A stretch of 64,000 bases of DNA, taken from contig RHPI01001737.1 in NCBI GenBank assembly GCA_009103225.1, positions 310,001 to 374,000 on the forward strand. The letters are read 5' to 3'. Shown piece after piece: positions 51,097-64,000 of this stretch. The notes beneath the pieces were generated by a model that worked only from the letters and a program-made list of their open reading frames with translations, was not told the origin of the DNA and did no database searches. This DNA comes from Chlorokybus atmophyticus. Lineage: Eukaryota > Plantae > Mesostigma and Chlorokybus algae. The translations under genes were made by a program, and so were the position numbers. Numbering within the stretch: position 1 is the stretch's first letter; each line of letters opens with the position of its first letter.

Positions 51097-54058
51097 TTAG
51101 TATGAGACAGGAGAGATCACATCGTCTATCTTCAATATCATCTTCACTACTTGCGTGGCTAGCAACATCTGCTGCTTCTTCCCTATCAGCGTCTCAAACA
51201 CGTTCTGCTTCACCATGTCGTTGGTCCCTTCGTCGTTGCAATCAATGCCAAGATATGGATTGTTCTCCTGCACGGCGGAAACAACACTCAGCATGCATGC
51301 ATGAGCAGCCAGCCGTACTCTGTTTTTGTCATGTGCGAAATGGGAGTAAATCAATTTTAACCCATACCTTGACTTGGCGAGCTTTCACTGCTGTCAATGA
51401 GTTGATCGGCTGAAGCCCGCTGTTCTCAGCAAGGGCCAGTGGGACAGCATCAAGCGCGTCCGCAAATGCACGCACGGCATACTGCACACGAGCCAAGATT
51501 CATCGTCAAATCAATGACAAACAAAGTTTGCAGAGACATTAAGTGGATGGTTGACTCACCTGCTCAACACCAGGGATCTTATCGGCAGCTGCTTCAACAG
51601 CGATGGAGGAAGCAATTTCAGCAGAGCCACCACCGTACACAATCTTATTGTCCCGTATGAGGTTTCTTGCAACGCAGATGGCATCGTGCAAACTTCGTTT
51701 TGTCTCCTCAATCATCATCTTGTTGCCTGAGATACTCCAGGTGAGGGACGACACGCATGTGCATCGGTACATACGAAATTCAGTTGCCATCTCACCTCCT
51801 CTTACAAAGACAGTCACTGCTCGGGAGTTAGCGCACTCCTCAATCACCAGCATGCGGTCTTTTGTAGTCCCGAATGTGAGCTCCCTCACCACCCCAGCCT
51901 GCACTCGCATGTGACGCATCAAGCATGACCTTAGCCCTGGCGTACCAGCCGGCACAGTGAAAGTTTATGTCCTGCTTCCTAAACAGACCTTGCCAAGCTT
52001 CTCTGGTGATAGTTCTTGGAACCGCGGCACAATCCTTCCTCCTGTAGACAAGCACACCACTAAGAGTGTTTGTATTGTTACCTTTGTTATCATCGCATGG
52101 GGTATCACATGGGGAAGACAGACCCACTTACCTGTTGCAATGGCAATCAGCTCCAGCTCCACTCCACCGACCCAGCGAACAGCGGGCAGCTTGTTGTGCA
52201 TGAGTAGATGGTTGGCCTCATCGTCAAAACCCCATTGGCAAATAACAAGGTTGGCGCCGGAGTCCTGAGCAGACATAACTCAACCCAACATCTTGCATAC
52301 TCGGAAATCCAACCATCTTGGACACTATGACAAAACATACCTTGCACTTCTGCACCATATCAACGAAGTATTGCTTCTCTGCTTGTCGTAGCGACTCAAA
52401 TTTCTCGACCGTGTCGATGTCCACCTTATGCTTTGTCTTCGGCTTCGGGGGCTCAAATGGACAGGTTAGAATGGCCATGCGCGCATTGTCGATTCGTTTA
52501 TCCATCTGAGGATGGCTTATATCCTTGTCAACAAGGATACCCCTAATGAGCTGCGTGTCTTCGAGTTTGCCCCCAACTTTGCCATCAACCTGTACAGTGA
52601 CCTTGCTTACATTACAAAACGGTATAGGCTTGCTGGTTAATTCAACAAGACTATCCCGTTGCAAAGCTATCCATACAATTCATGAGACTCCATCGTTAGT
52701 GACAGCATTGACGTGGAGGCGCCGACTTACCTTGATTAGATCAAGATTAACATCCCTGCGGTCCAAGTCAGCAACTGCAAGGACGGCTTGAACGGCAATC
52801 TCCGCCAGCTGCCGCTTGCACCGACCGACACTGCAGTGCCGAGATGAGCCAATGTCAAGCATCAGCGCATTTGCATGTGTTTGAAGCTGTCAAAGGCATG
52901 CGCGCACATTGGAACGTACATTTTGGAGGATAGTGTGGTCATGCACGTCTGCACAAGAGGCTCATAGTTGTCGCGATCAAACTGAAAGGTCTTGGCGATG
53001 GAGTCCAAATGCTCCACAGCAACCTTTGAGGCCATCTCATAACCCTCGGCAACTCTGATAGGGTGAATGCCCCTTTCAAGCAGCTCCTCCGCCTGTTCTA
53101 GCAACGCACCCGCCAGCACAATAACCCCTGTGGCACAAAGGTGTCATGACTGCAGCCTTGCGTGATGCATCCTGTTGCTGGTGAGGATGTTCACCTGTTG
53201 TGCCGTCCCCAATCTCGTAGTCTTGCGACTTTGATAGATCAACCATAAGCTTGCCAATCTGGTTCTCTACCTCCATCTGCTCTAGAATGGTGGCCCCGTC
53301 ATTGGCTGCGCATGCAGACAACACACATTGCATAGTTGGATTTGAGACACGGGCATCATCAAACATCATTTAAGGGTTCAGCGTCTGAACCACTCCATCG
53401 TGCATGACTAGCAAAGCAACTTTTTCATGAAAGCTGTCCAACGCATGGCAAGAACACCACAACATTGCCGTCAAGTCAGCCTAATACAGGGGGATGCAAT
53501 GGCGACAGCACGCAACCAAACCTGGGTGAAAACTAATCAGGATGAAAACTACACAGGTGCAATGCAAGCCCGCATGCTTCACACGCTTAACATACACTTG
53601 TGCTAACGAAAATAGGCCAACAATTTAACACGTGCAAATGCAACAGCTGTGACTTGCGACAGTAACAATGCACAGCTGCAGTTCACCATGTCAATGGCTT
53701 TTCTCCTCATGCACCAACACCATGCAGCTTGCATGCAACCTTGTGAGCACACAGCCATAGGAGATGCAATCATCTGTGAATGGCCATCATGGAAGCAATG
53801 AGAGCATGTCTTTCTTCGCTCTGCGACACGCGCAACACGACCATGTCTGTCCCGCTTACTTATGGTGACGTCTCCGTCGGAAGACTGCAGCATCTTGTCC
53901 ATGCCCTTGGGCCCCAGGGAGGTGCGCAGGATGCGGGCCACCGTCTTGGCGGCCAGAATGTTAGCCTTCTGCGCCTCTAGCCCCTTCACCCTGGTCTTAT
54001 TCTCCTGTTCCCGGATGATGATGAAAGGCCTTCCATATTCGTCGAAGGCCAGCGCCAT
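51097..54058 (-). CDS. CCT5: T-complex protein 1 subunit epsilon (spliced)
   Basis: [67 protein letters not shown] and MILKIDDVI. Confidence 0.97.
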
Positions 54059-54140
54059 CGCTGACCCTCTTCCCCTTCCCCCTTCTCCTCCTCCTCGTCC
54101 TCCTCCTCCGCCGCCGCCGCCTGCGCGCGCTTTTCCCGCT

Positions 54141-54260
54141 CTAACCCTAACCGTTTCCAGCGTGTTCACTAAACGCAGCAATTGGATCGCCGTTTGTAAC
54201 AAGATCACTGAACTAAAGTAAGCTGATTCAGTAATCACATGGCAAGCTGAACAACCCTAA
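54141..54260 (-). promoter_or_regulatory. Telo-box motifs in the divergent CCT5/PRP16 promoter
   Basis: CTAACCCTAA at ~54141-54150 and AACCCTAA at 54253-54260. Confidence 0.5.
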
Positions 54261-54435
54261 GTTCACAGCGCCGCGGGCGGCGACGGCGACGGCGGCGGCG
54301 GCGGCAGAGAAGGAGGAGGACGAGCAGCCGGAGGAAGTCTAGAGTGGGTTGCGTATGTTTAAGCCCTGGATTTACACTCACTCATGGTGAGCTAGTAGGC
54401 GTGGAGGTAATCTTTCTTTGGGGTGAGGTTGCGTG

Positions 54436-57400
54436 ATGGATCGTCTGGAGGGGGAGCAGGGTGGTCTGGGAGGTTTGCAGCTGCGCTCTGGGCTGCTGCA
54501 CCGCCCCGGTGAGGACGGGATTGTCTTCAAGGCGCCTGCACCGAAGAAGTCTGTGCTTGGTAAGCGGCATTGAAAGTTGCGGTTTGGCTGCACTAACCTG
54601 GCATCATGCTGTGCTCTTGTTGTTGTGTCGCATGAGTTGCATGTATGTTCAGTAGATTCCTGCCGCATGAGGCTGTTTGTAAGTTTGTGCAGATATTGAA
54701 CAACACAAACGGATCAGCGGGATAGAGCAGCCAGCTGCGCTGCTTCATATTGTGTTGTGATCAATGATCACGCGCTTGTCATATTACGCAGCAGTTTGTT
54801 CAGCGCTTTGTTCCTTGGAACCGTTGATTTGATGTATGTATTGGTGTCTATCTAGCTTTGGTCTTGCACATGTTGCCGTCAGCCTTTTACACACTGTGCC
54901 AACAGGCGTGTGTTGCGTTTCTTGGTAGGGTGAACTCTCAACTGTGCACGTCATATCAGCTGTCTGTCTGGTTTTATATTCCCTCGGGACCGGAAATGGC
55001 AGTTGGTATATACTCAAATTGAGTATGTGCGCTCATCAACGCCAATCGTTATTCCAGGTCTGGACGCTCTTGCAAAGGCCAAGCGTGAAGCAGATGGGGT
55101 GCCTCACCCTGATCTGAAACGTCCGCGTGTTGCACCAACCGCTGTGGATCAATCCGATGATGTTGTTACCCCTGCAAAGGATGAAAATGGTGCTGCAAGC
55201 GCCAATGGTGTAAAGTCCAGTGCTGAGCGTCACTACCGCAACAGAGGCAATGAAACACCATCTCACCCTGGTGGTGTGGATGCAAAGGCTGTTGAAGCAA
55301 TTGAAGACAGGAGAAAGCGCTACAACAAGGTACATATACAATCTTCTGGACTTCCTGGTTGGTTGCTTGTGTGCTGTTGCCATGCATCACCAACTCTAAC
55401 AGTGTTAACTATGGCAGGATGGCGCCGTGTATAGTAGCACTGCCGAGCGTTCACGAGGCAGGGGCGACAGAGATGATAGGGATGATAGGTACGACAGGCG
55501 CGGCCGCTCAAGAGAGCGTTCTTATGGTGAGGACAGCAGTAGGCAGCGGGATCGGTCGTCTTCTAGAGACGGTTGGCGTACTCCTGGTCACCGCGAAGGA
55601 AGCAACACTCCGGCCTCCACGCGTGGCAGCACCTGGGAGAGGTCAACGCCTCACCGAGGGCCTGCCATACTGGACGCCTCGCCTTCCTTGCCTTCCCCAG
55701 CACACTCCTATGATTGGGACAGCAGATCTCAGGCCTCAACACCAGGACGCGGTTGGGAGACTCCCGGTCGTGATGGTATGGACAGCTTGCGGTTGGTTGT
55801 TGCACTCCAACATGTGCTGCACGTGTCGTCCACTGGTGCTTACTGGTTCTCTGTGCGTTAGACAACGGCAAATCAGCATGGGACTACTCGGCTTCTCCAG
55901 CTGCACCGCGTATACGCGCAGGGAGCGCTACTCCAGGCAGCGGCAGAGGCCGGTCAGATTCAGAGCATCGGTTGAGGTTTCAAACGCCCAAGCCGGTAAG
56001 TGGTTGGCATCACGACTGCACATCAGTTGGTGTATGTGAGACTGACATACATGTTGCCCAAGCAGGTTGGTGACCAACGGCCGGTGCTGTCATCATCACA
56101 TCAGTACAGCATGGGTGAGATTCCAGACGGCGGTGGCAATGAAGCGTTGCAGGATGAGGAAACCATGCAGGACTACTTGAAGGATGAGCACCAGCTGGAC
56201 CGCGACTGGTATGATCAGGACGAGATGGGGCATGTTGCTGGCGAAGGACAGGATCCTTTCCTCGGGGATGATAAGAGTTTCAAAAAGCGTGAAGAGGAGT
56301 TCCAGAAACGTGCTGTTGGGCGTGATGGAAGGTTGTTGTCGTTGATGCAAAGTAAAAAGGTTAGCCAGATGCAGAGAGACTCGGCTAAGTGGGAGGACAG
56401 GCAGCTTTTGGCCAGTGGCACAGTGCGAATGGCAGGCAATGCCGTTGAGATCGATGATGAAGAAGATTCGCGTGTCATCTTGCTTACGCATGACACAAAG
56501 CCACCCTTCTTGGATGGGAGAGTCGTATTTACAAAGCAAGCAGAGGCAGTGCAACCTGTCAAAGATCCCACAAGTGATATGGCCATCATCGCACGCAAGG
56601 GCTCGCTGCTTGTGAGAGAGGTATTGTATGACCTGATTGTGCAACTCGTTGCTATACTTCTCCTGGTAAAAGTGTGGTCAAAATAGTCAAGGAGTTGCAT
56701 GTTGATACTCGTGATGTTCCGCTGCAGGTGCGCGAGAAAAGAGAGCAGAACAAGTCACGGCAGCGGTTTTGGGAGTTGGCTGGGAGCAAGTTGGGAAACA
56801 TTCTCGGCGTGCAGAAGACTGCAGAGCAGATTGATGCAGATAAGGCCGACCTCGATGAGGAAGGTGAACTGGCTGACCACAGGAAAGGTCAGCAGTTCAA
56901 GGACCTTATGAAGAAAGGAGAGGCCCAGAGTGAGTTCGCCCGCTCCAAAACTATGAAGGAGCAGCGGGAGTTCTTGCCAATCTATGATATTCGAGATGAT
57001 CTGCTTCAGGCGAGACTTCACAAATTCCAGCAGGCATGCTGATTGTCGTGCATGCTGTCAATTGGCTAATGGCTTGTCTGCTTGCAGGTGATTCGCGAGA
57101 ATAATATCGTTGTAGTGGTTGGAGAAACTGGCTCCGGAAAGACGACCCAGATGACTCAGTATCTGCATGAGGCAGGATACACTACATATGGCATTGTTGG
57201 TTGCACGCAGCCTCGCCGTGTGGCTGCCATGAGTGTGGCCAAGCGTGTCAGTGAAGAGATGGATTGCGAGCTGGGCAGCACAGTTGGTTATGCTATCCGT
57301 TTTGAGGACTGCACTTCGCGTGAAACCGTCATCAAGTACATGACGGATGGTGTGCTGCTGCGTGAAACCCTGCGCGAGCCAGACTTAGACATGTACAGCT

Positions 57401-59323
57401 GTATTATTATGGATGAAGCACACGAGCGCTCGTTAAATACGGACGTGCTGTTCGGCGTGCTGAAGAAGGTTGCAGCCCGCAGGCGCGACTTTCGCCTCAT
57501 TGTCACCTCAGCAACACTGAATGCTGAGAAGTTCAGCCAGTTTTTCGGCAGCGTGCCCATATTCATGATCCCTGGTCGTACTTTCCCTGTTGATGTCATG
57601 TGGAGCAAGATTCCCTGTGAAGACTACGTGGATGCTGCAGTCAAGCAAGCTCTGGCCATCCACCTGTCGCACCCGCCTGGGGATATATTAATCTTCATGA
57701 CGGGGCAAGAGGACATTGAGGCGACTTGTTTCACTCTCCAAGAGCGACTGGAGCGCTTAGGCGAGAACGCCCCAGCGCTGTCCATCCTACCCATCTACTC
57801 TCAGCTGCCATCGGATCTGCAGGCCAAGATCTTTGAGAGAGCCGAGGGTGGTGTTCGCAAGTGTATCGTTGCCACCAACATTGCAGAGACATCCCTGACA
57901 GTGGACGGTATCTACTATGTTATTGACACTGGCTACTGCAAGCTCAAGGTGTTCAACCCTCGCATGGGCATGGACGCCCTCGCAGTGTTTCCGGTCAGTC
58001 AGGCTGGAGCCAACCAGCGGTCTGGTCGGGCTGGCCGTACCGGTCCGGGCACTTGCTACCGGTTGTACACTGAGACCGCGTATACTAATGAGCTTCTCTC
58101 CATGAACGTGCCCGAGATCCAGCGCACCAACCTGGGCAATGTGGTCTTGCTGCTCAAGTCGCTGAACATCGAGAACCTTCTCGACTTTGACTTCATGGAC
58201 CCTCCGCCGCTAGACAATATCCTCAACTCCTTGTATCAGTTGTGGGTATTGGGTGCGCTGGACAACACTGGTGCACTAACACCTTTGGGAAAGAAGATGG
58301 TGGAGTTTCCTCTGGACCCTCCGCTTGCCAAGATGCTGCTTGTTGGCGCGGAGCTCGGTTGCAGCAATGAAGTGCTCACCATTGTGTCCATGCTGTCCGT
58401 GCCATCGGTCTTTTTCCGTCCCAAAGACAGAGCGGAAGAGAGTGATGCTGCGCGCGAGAAGTTCTTTGTGCCGGAGAGTGACCACCTGACCCTGCTTCAC
58501 GTGTACGAGCAATGGAAGCAGCATCAGTTCAGAGGAGATTGGTGCAGCGATCACTACATCCATGTCAAGGGCATGCGGAAAGCAAGAGAGGTAACCATGT
58601 CTCTGTAGTGCAGATTTTTCGTGTGGCTAAGTAGCATACCCGGATGCTGATGCATGTTTCCCACCTTTGACAGGTGCGTTCCCAGTTGCTGGACATCATG
58701 AAGCAGCAGAAGATTGCGATGGTGTCCTGCGGTACCGACTGGGATGTTGTGCGCAAGGCCATATGTTCTTCATACTTCCATCAGGCAGCCCGTCTTAAGG
58801 GCATTGGGGAATATGTACACTGCCGAACTGGCATGCCCTGCCATCTCCACCCGACAAGTGCGCTGTACGGCCTGGGTTACACCCCCGATTACATAGTGTA
58901 CCATGAGTTGGTGATGACGGCAAAGGAGTACATGCAGTGCGTCACTGCTGTGGAACCACAATGGCTCGCGGAGATGGGCCCGATGTTCTTCAGCATAAAG
59001 GAGTCGCATTCCAGCCGCATTGAGCAACGCAAGAAGCAGCGTGAGGAGGCAGCAGCAATGGAGGTAAGCTGAGGTTGCATCCCTTATGTCCGCATGCATG
59101 CTACATATGTGCTCTACAGCACTTTGCTGGGCGCGAAGCTGACCATTGCGTTCCATGTACTGTCGTACAGACTGAGATGGAGAAGATCACAAAGCAGAAG
59201 GAGGAGCTGGTGCGTGCTGCTGTGGCTAAGGAAGAAGCGCAGCGAGTGCGAGAGCGCAGTGCAATTGCAACCCCAGGCAGGGCACCAAGGACACCGAGCA
59301 CGCCCAGACGTTTTGGGCTCTAG
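54436..59323 (+). CDS. PRP16: Pre-mRNA splicing DEAH-box RNA helicase PRP16/DHX38 (spliced)
   Basis: [72 protein letters not shown]2/OB regions, and the C-terminus TPRRFGL*. Confidence 0.97.
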
Positions 59324-59698
59324 CATTTGCTATATAGCTTGCACCTACCATTCATCGTTTGGTGCGTCAGTAATGCTTATCACATCCCATGGATTGTCAG
59401 TCTAGCCTGGCCCTTGTATGAGCTTTGGTTGAATTCACTTGCTAACACAATACGTGCTGGCTATGTCATTGTCTGCCCGTGGACATTATAAGGGAGGTTG
59501 AGGACACACATCAGTGGTCGTCGATAATGCAAGGTAGGTAACATTGGCCAATGCAATGTCAACAATAGAGACAAGACGTAGCAGCATTCAGTTCAATGTT
59601 ATTACTCCAATGAGCATACCCATTACCTAAGCTCATCTAGTACACGCGCAGCAGCACACGCCAACAACCATGTCCGACCTAAAGCAAGAAGGGCGCTA

Positions 59699-61242
<1,544 letters not shown>

Positions 61243-61719
61243 GCTGCCGGCTTGGCTGCCGCCGCCCCTACACAATGCGCCACAGCCCCAAATGGCCAGG
61301 CCACTATTTACACCAGTAGTAACCACCAACGCAGCGCCCGGTAAGTTACCGGCGGTAACCGTGTGACGGACCGCCCCTTGCTGTAAGGAGACTTTGTACT
61401 CTATGTAAGCATACGTTGCAGCAACTAACAGGGGTAGTTAGGGACCCTACCGGTTGCCTAGCTTTCATTCGGCATTTTCCCCGTGTGCCAAGAATCTTGG
61501 CACAAGATGGCATCATGAGATAAAAAAATGACTCTCATGCCTGATTACACTTTGTAGCTTACAAGGCCCTTGTACCGCGCGCTAGTTTCCGAAACTGCCA
61601 CCACTAGTTTGTACAGTATTGATATATTAAAGGTATTAATCAGATCGTAATTTTTCCACGTTCTTAAACTTAACATTTTTTGTGAACACACGGCATGTTT
61701 ACGGATGTGATGCACTACA

Positions 61720-61850
61720 TGTAGTACAAAGGCTTTGAGTCAGTGTCACATCTCAATTCAGCTGCGACACTCAAAGCCTTCCTAAATCAATCATTTTTGA
61801 CATCTGAAATTCAACCTTAATTTTCTCTCTAAATAAGTTAAAAGTATAGT
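61720..61850 (-). pseudogene. Highly decayed Ty1/copia-like RT remnant
   Basis: FREKIKVEFQMSKMIDLGRL...VTLTQS resembles the copia F..L..EF.M.DLG...ITLSQ region; contains stop codons. Confidence 0.35.
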
Positions 61851-61952
61851 GTTATGATGACCCATACCGGAGTGAGTTGAGCCGTCCTTCCAACTTATGT
61901 ATTGATAGCTTTCATAGCAAGTGAGATTGCTCAACTTAAAAACATGGCAATA

Positions 61953-62530
61953 TGTTGTGCAAGCAAGGCTCGACTGCGGGGTATGTCTCGCGGTGGGAGT
62001 GCGTACAGTGGAGTTCACAAGTGTGAAGAGTGAGCAATGCTGTAGGGCAGCATGCAAGGTGCTAAAGGGGGAGAGTAGGGAGCATAGAAGCTGCGGTACT
62101 TGTAGTGATGATCTGGTGGTAGGTGCAGGAGACAGGAAACAGGGAAAACCTATCTGAGTAGTCCCCTACGCTTGGTATGAGATAGTAGTCACTCAACAAG
62201 CTCCCCCCCTGCCTGGTCATGGGCGTCCCCGCGATGAGCTTGGCACCGGTGATAGTGCCATGGCTAGCTGGCAGAGGAAGACGCTACATTGGGGTCGCCT
62301 GCAAGCTTCGTGCCAGTATTCCCAGCAGGTATCACATTCCATTGGACGACGACGATTCGAGGTGCAGCCGGTGCATTGCTCGATTTGTTAAACTCGCAGG
62401 TGAGGTTTGCAACGTACGGTAGGTGACATGGGAAGCAGTCTTGCACATGGTCATCTTCGGTTTTTCCGGAGGGAGCCCTAAGAGACAGAGTGCCCAGTAG
62501 CGCGGTCCTGTACAACCTTGTACACACGCC
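61953..62530 (-). mobile_element. 3' end of a Ty3-like element: integrase C-terminal remnant with PHD-like finger, PPT and a single LTR
   Basis: GTLSLRAPSGKTEDDHVQDCFPCHLP is followed, after a frameshift, by CTGC..MECDTCWEYWHEAC..FLC. The stop is at 62217-62219, [15 protein letters not shown] at 62199-62210, and a TGTTG...CAACA segment at 62198-61953. The distal LTR boundary is tentative. Confidence 0.6.
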
Positions 62531-64000
62531 GTACACAGGGCTTTTTACGCGCGGACCAGTCGTACGCGGTCCGCAGACCACGTCTGGTACGTTGTGGCGT
62601 ACCAGTGCCACGACTGGTCCGGCGTGACCGGACCACCGGTGGTCCGGCCCCTGGGACCGCCGGCATGGTCCAAATGACCGGACCGGGGCTGGTCGCGTGC
62701 CCCGCGGCCTACGTACCAGTTCAGCACTGGTACAGCAAGGTACAGGTGCTGTGTACCAGGCCTGGTCCGTATGCAGCCGTGTCGTGGGACCAGGTACATT
62801 GCACCACGTCGCTTGAGTCCATTGGTACAATTGTACGCAGTGATCGAACCTGTCTGGCATGATCGGGGCTCGGCCTTGCACACGTCAGCACAGCGGTAAG
62901 TACGGCTGTACTTGTACTTATCCCGTGCTAAAACCCTAATTGCAGCCCTGCTTGTTTTTCGCTAACTCCGAATTAACCCACCCCGAGCTGGGCGAAGGCT
63001 GACCCTAATTGCAACTGAGGTCGCAGTGAGGCACTGAGGCACTGCTTGCGGCACTGCGTTGCAACCGGCAAGCTACTGGAGCTGGCGGCGGCGCTGAAGG
63101 CGGCGGTGCTGGAGGCCAACTTACCACGGTAAGCAAGTGATGTTGATTGTTCGTTGCACTGTGTGTGGCTTACTGTGTGTAGGTTTCGTAGTTTGTAGCA
63201 TTTGAGCAACAGCAACTGCTATGGTTGCAGCGGCTCCTGCTGCCGGTGCTGCTGCCGTTGTCTACACAGTGGGCATTCTCGTCACCACTTGTGAATGACA
63301 TTGTTGTGGTGGTGTCGGTTGTGTGTGCTGGTGATTGTGGTTGGTGCTCGTGATTGCTGCTGCTGTAGCTTGACAACAGCAAGCAACAACAACCGCAGCA
63401 GCAGCTACAGCCGCAGCCGCAGCTGCTGCTGCGGCTGTAGCAGCAACAACCACGACATATGAACCAAACAGTTAGGTTTTTGTATTTCTAGTAGTCCAGC
63501 ACATGCACGCCTGCACATGCATGCACCTGACAAGAATTTGCATGAGTGCACTGCTAATATGCATGTAAGCGTTGCTATTAACTTTGCTCTCTTATCCGTC
63601 CGTCCAGGAGCAGCAGCAACAGCACAACGTATTCTAATTCTGTTTCAACAACCCCGACACACAGCAGCTATGGCGGCAATGGCGAAAACAGCAACGACCA
63701 GAACCGATACTGCTGCCTACAATCGTTACCACCAGCCGCTGCATGCTGAGCGACAGGCGCAACCCCAGCGTTGTGGGCAGAGCTGGCGGAGGCTATCCGA
63801 TGGGGCAATACACAGTCAAGACTGAATGCACAACCCCCCCCCCCCCTTCCCTTTGTTGTATTGTAGCAGTGTTGCCGTTGCCGTTTCGTATGTCATACGC
63901 AGTGCCACTGGTCAACACTATCAATGTTGCCGTAAAGCCCATATAACAATTGCCAACATTTTCCTTGCATTGTTTCTTGCTTTGTATAATTCCCCCAATC

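Noticed and set aside
57288-59301. Antisense ORFs over PRP16 (likewise over IDH, pol and CCT5)
   Set aside because: Shadow frames of strongly supported genes on the opposite strand.
62973-63946. Gene call for the ORFs at the right end of the window
   Set aside because: A possible plus-strand exon with a GTAAGC donor near 63129 and (GCA/GCT)n tracts are present, but no coherent or recognisable protein can be built.

Overview
Intron-rich eukaryotic DNA from the green lineage. The gene set (SIK1-, C3H6-, SEC12- and CA1Pase-like genes, telo-boxes, short GT-AG introns) suggests a streptophyte alga; this is inference. Eleven spliced host genes are well or moderately supported: NAD-IDH catalytic subunit, a PNUTS/C3H6-like CCCH protein, the SPT small subunit, TMEM186-like, SIK1-like MAP4K, an uncharacterised protein, SEC12-like, a UVR-HEAT-TPR protein, CA1Pase-like, CCT5 and PRP16. 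A membrane-anchored SAM methyltransferase makes twelve. The gaps between genes hold several retroelements. A young Ty3 chromovirus (37595-44438, 5-bp TSD) has LTRs built from tandem hairpins and possibly two introns. There is also a REL-endonuclease non-LTR fragment, a decayed Penelope-like RT, a LINE zinc-finger remnant, a Copia-like RT remnant and the 3' end of a PHD-bearing Ty3-like element. The most unusual object is 686-1771, a tandem miniature LTR element with 79-bp LTRs. It shares its primer-binding site and polypurine tract with the chromovirus, carries a tRNA-like A/B-box Pol III promoter split across the LTR-PBS junction, and ends in an inverted LTR, with a 5-bp duplication on both flanks. 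All gene and element calls come from reading the sequence and recalling family motifs; no searches were run. Coordinates of spliced genes are start-to-stop spans.
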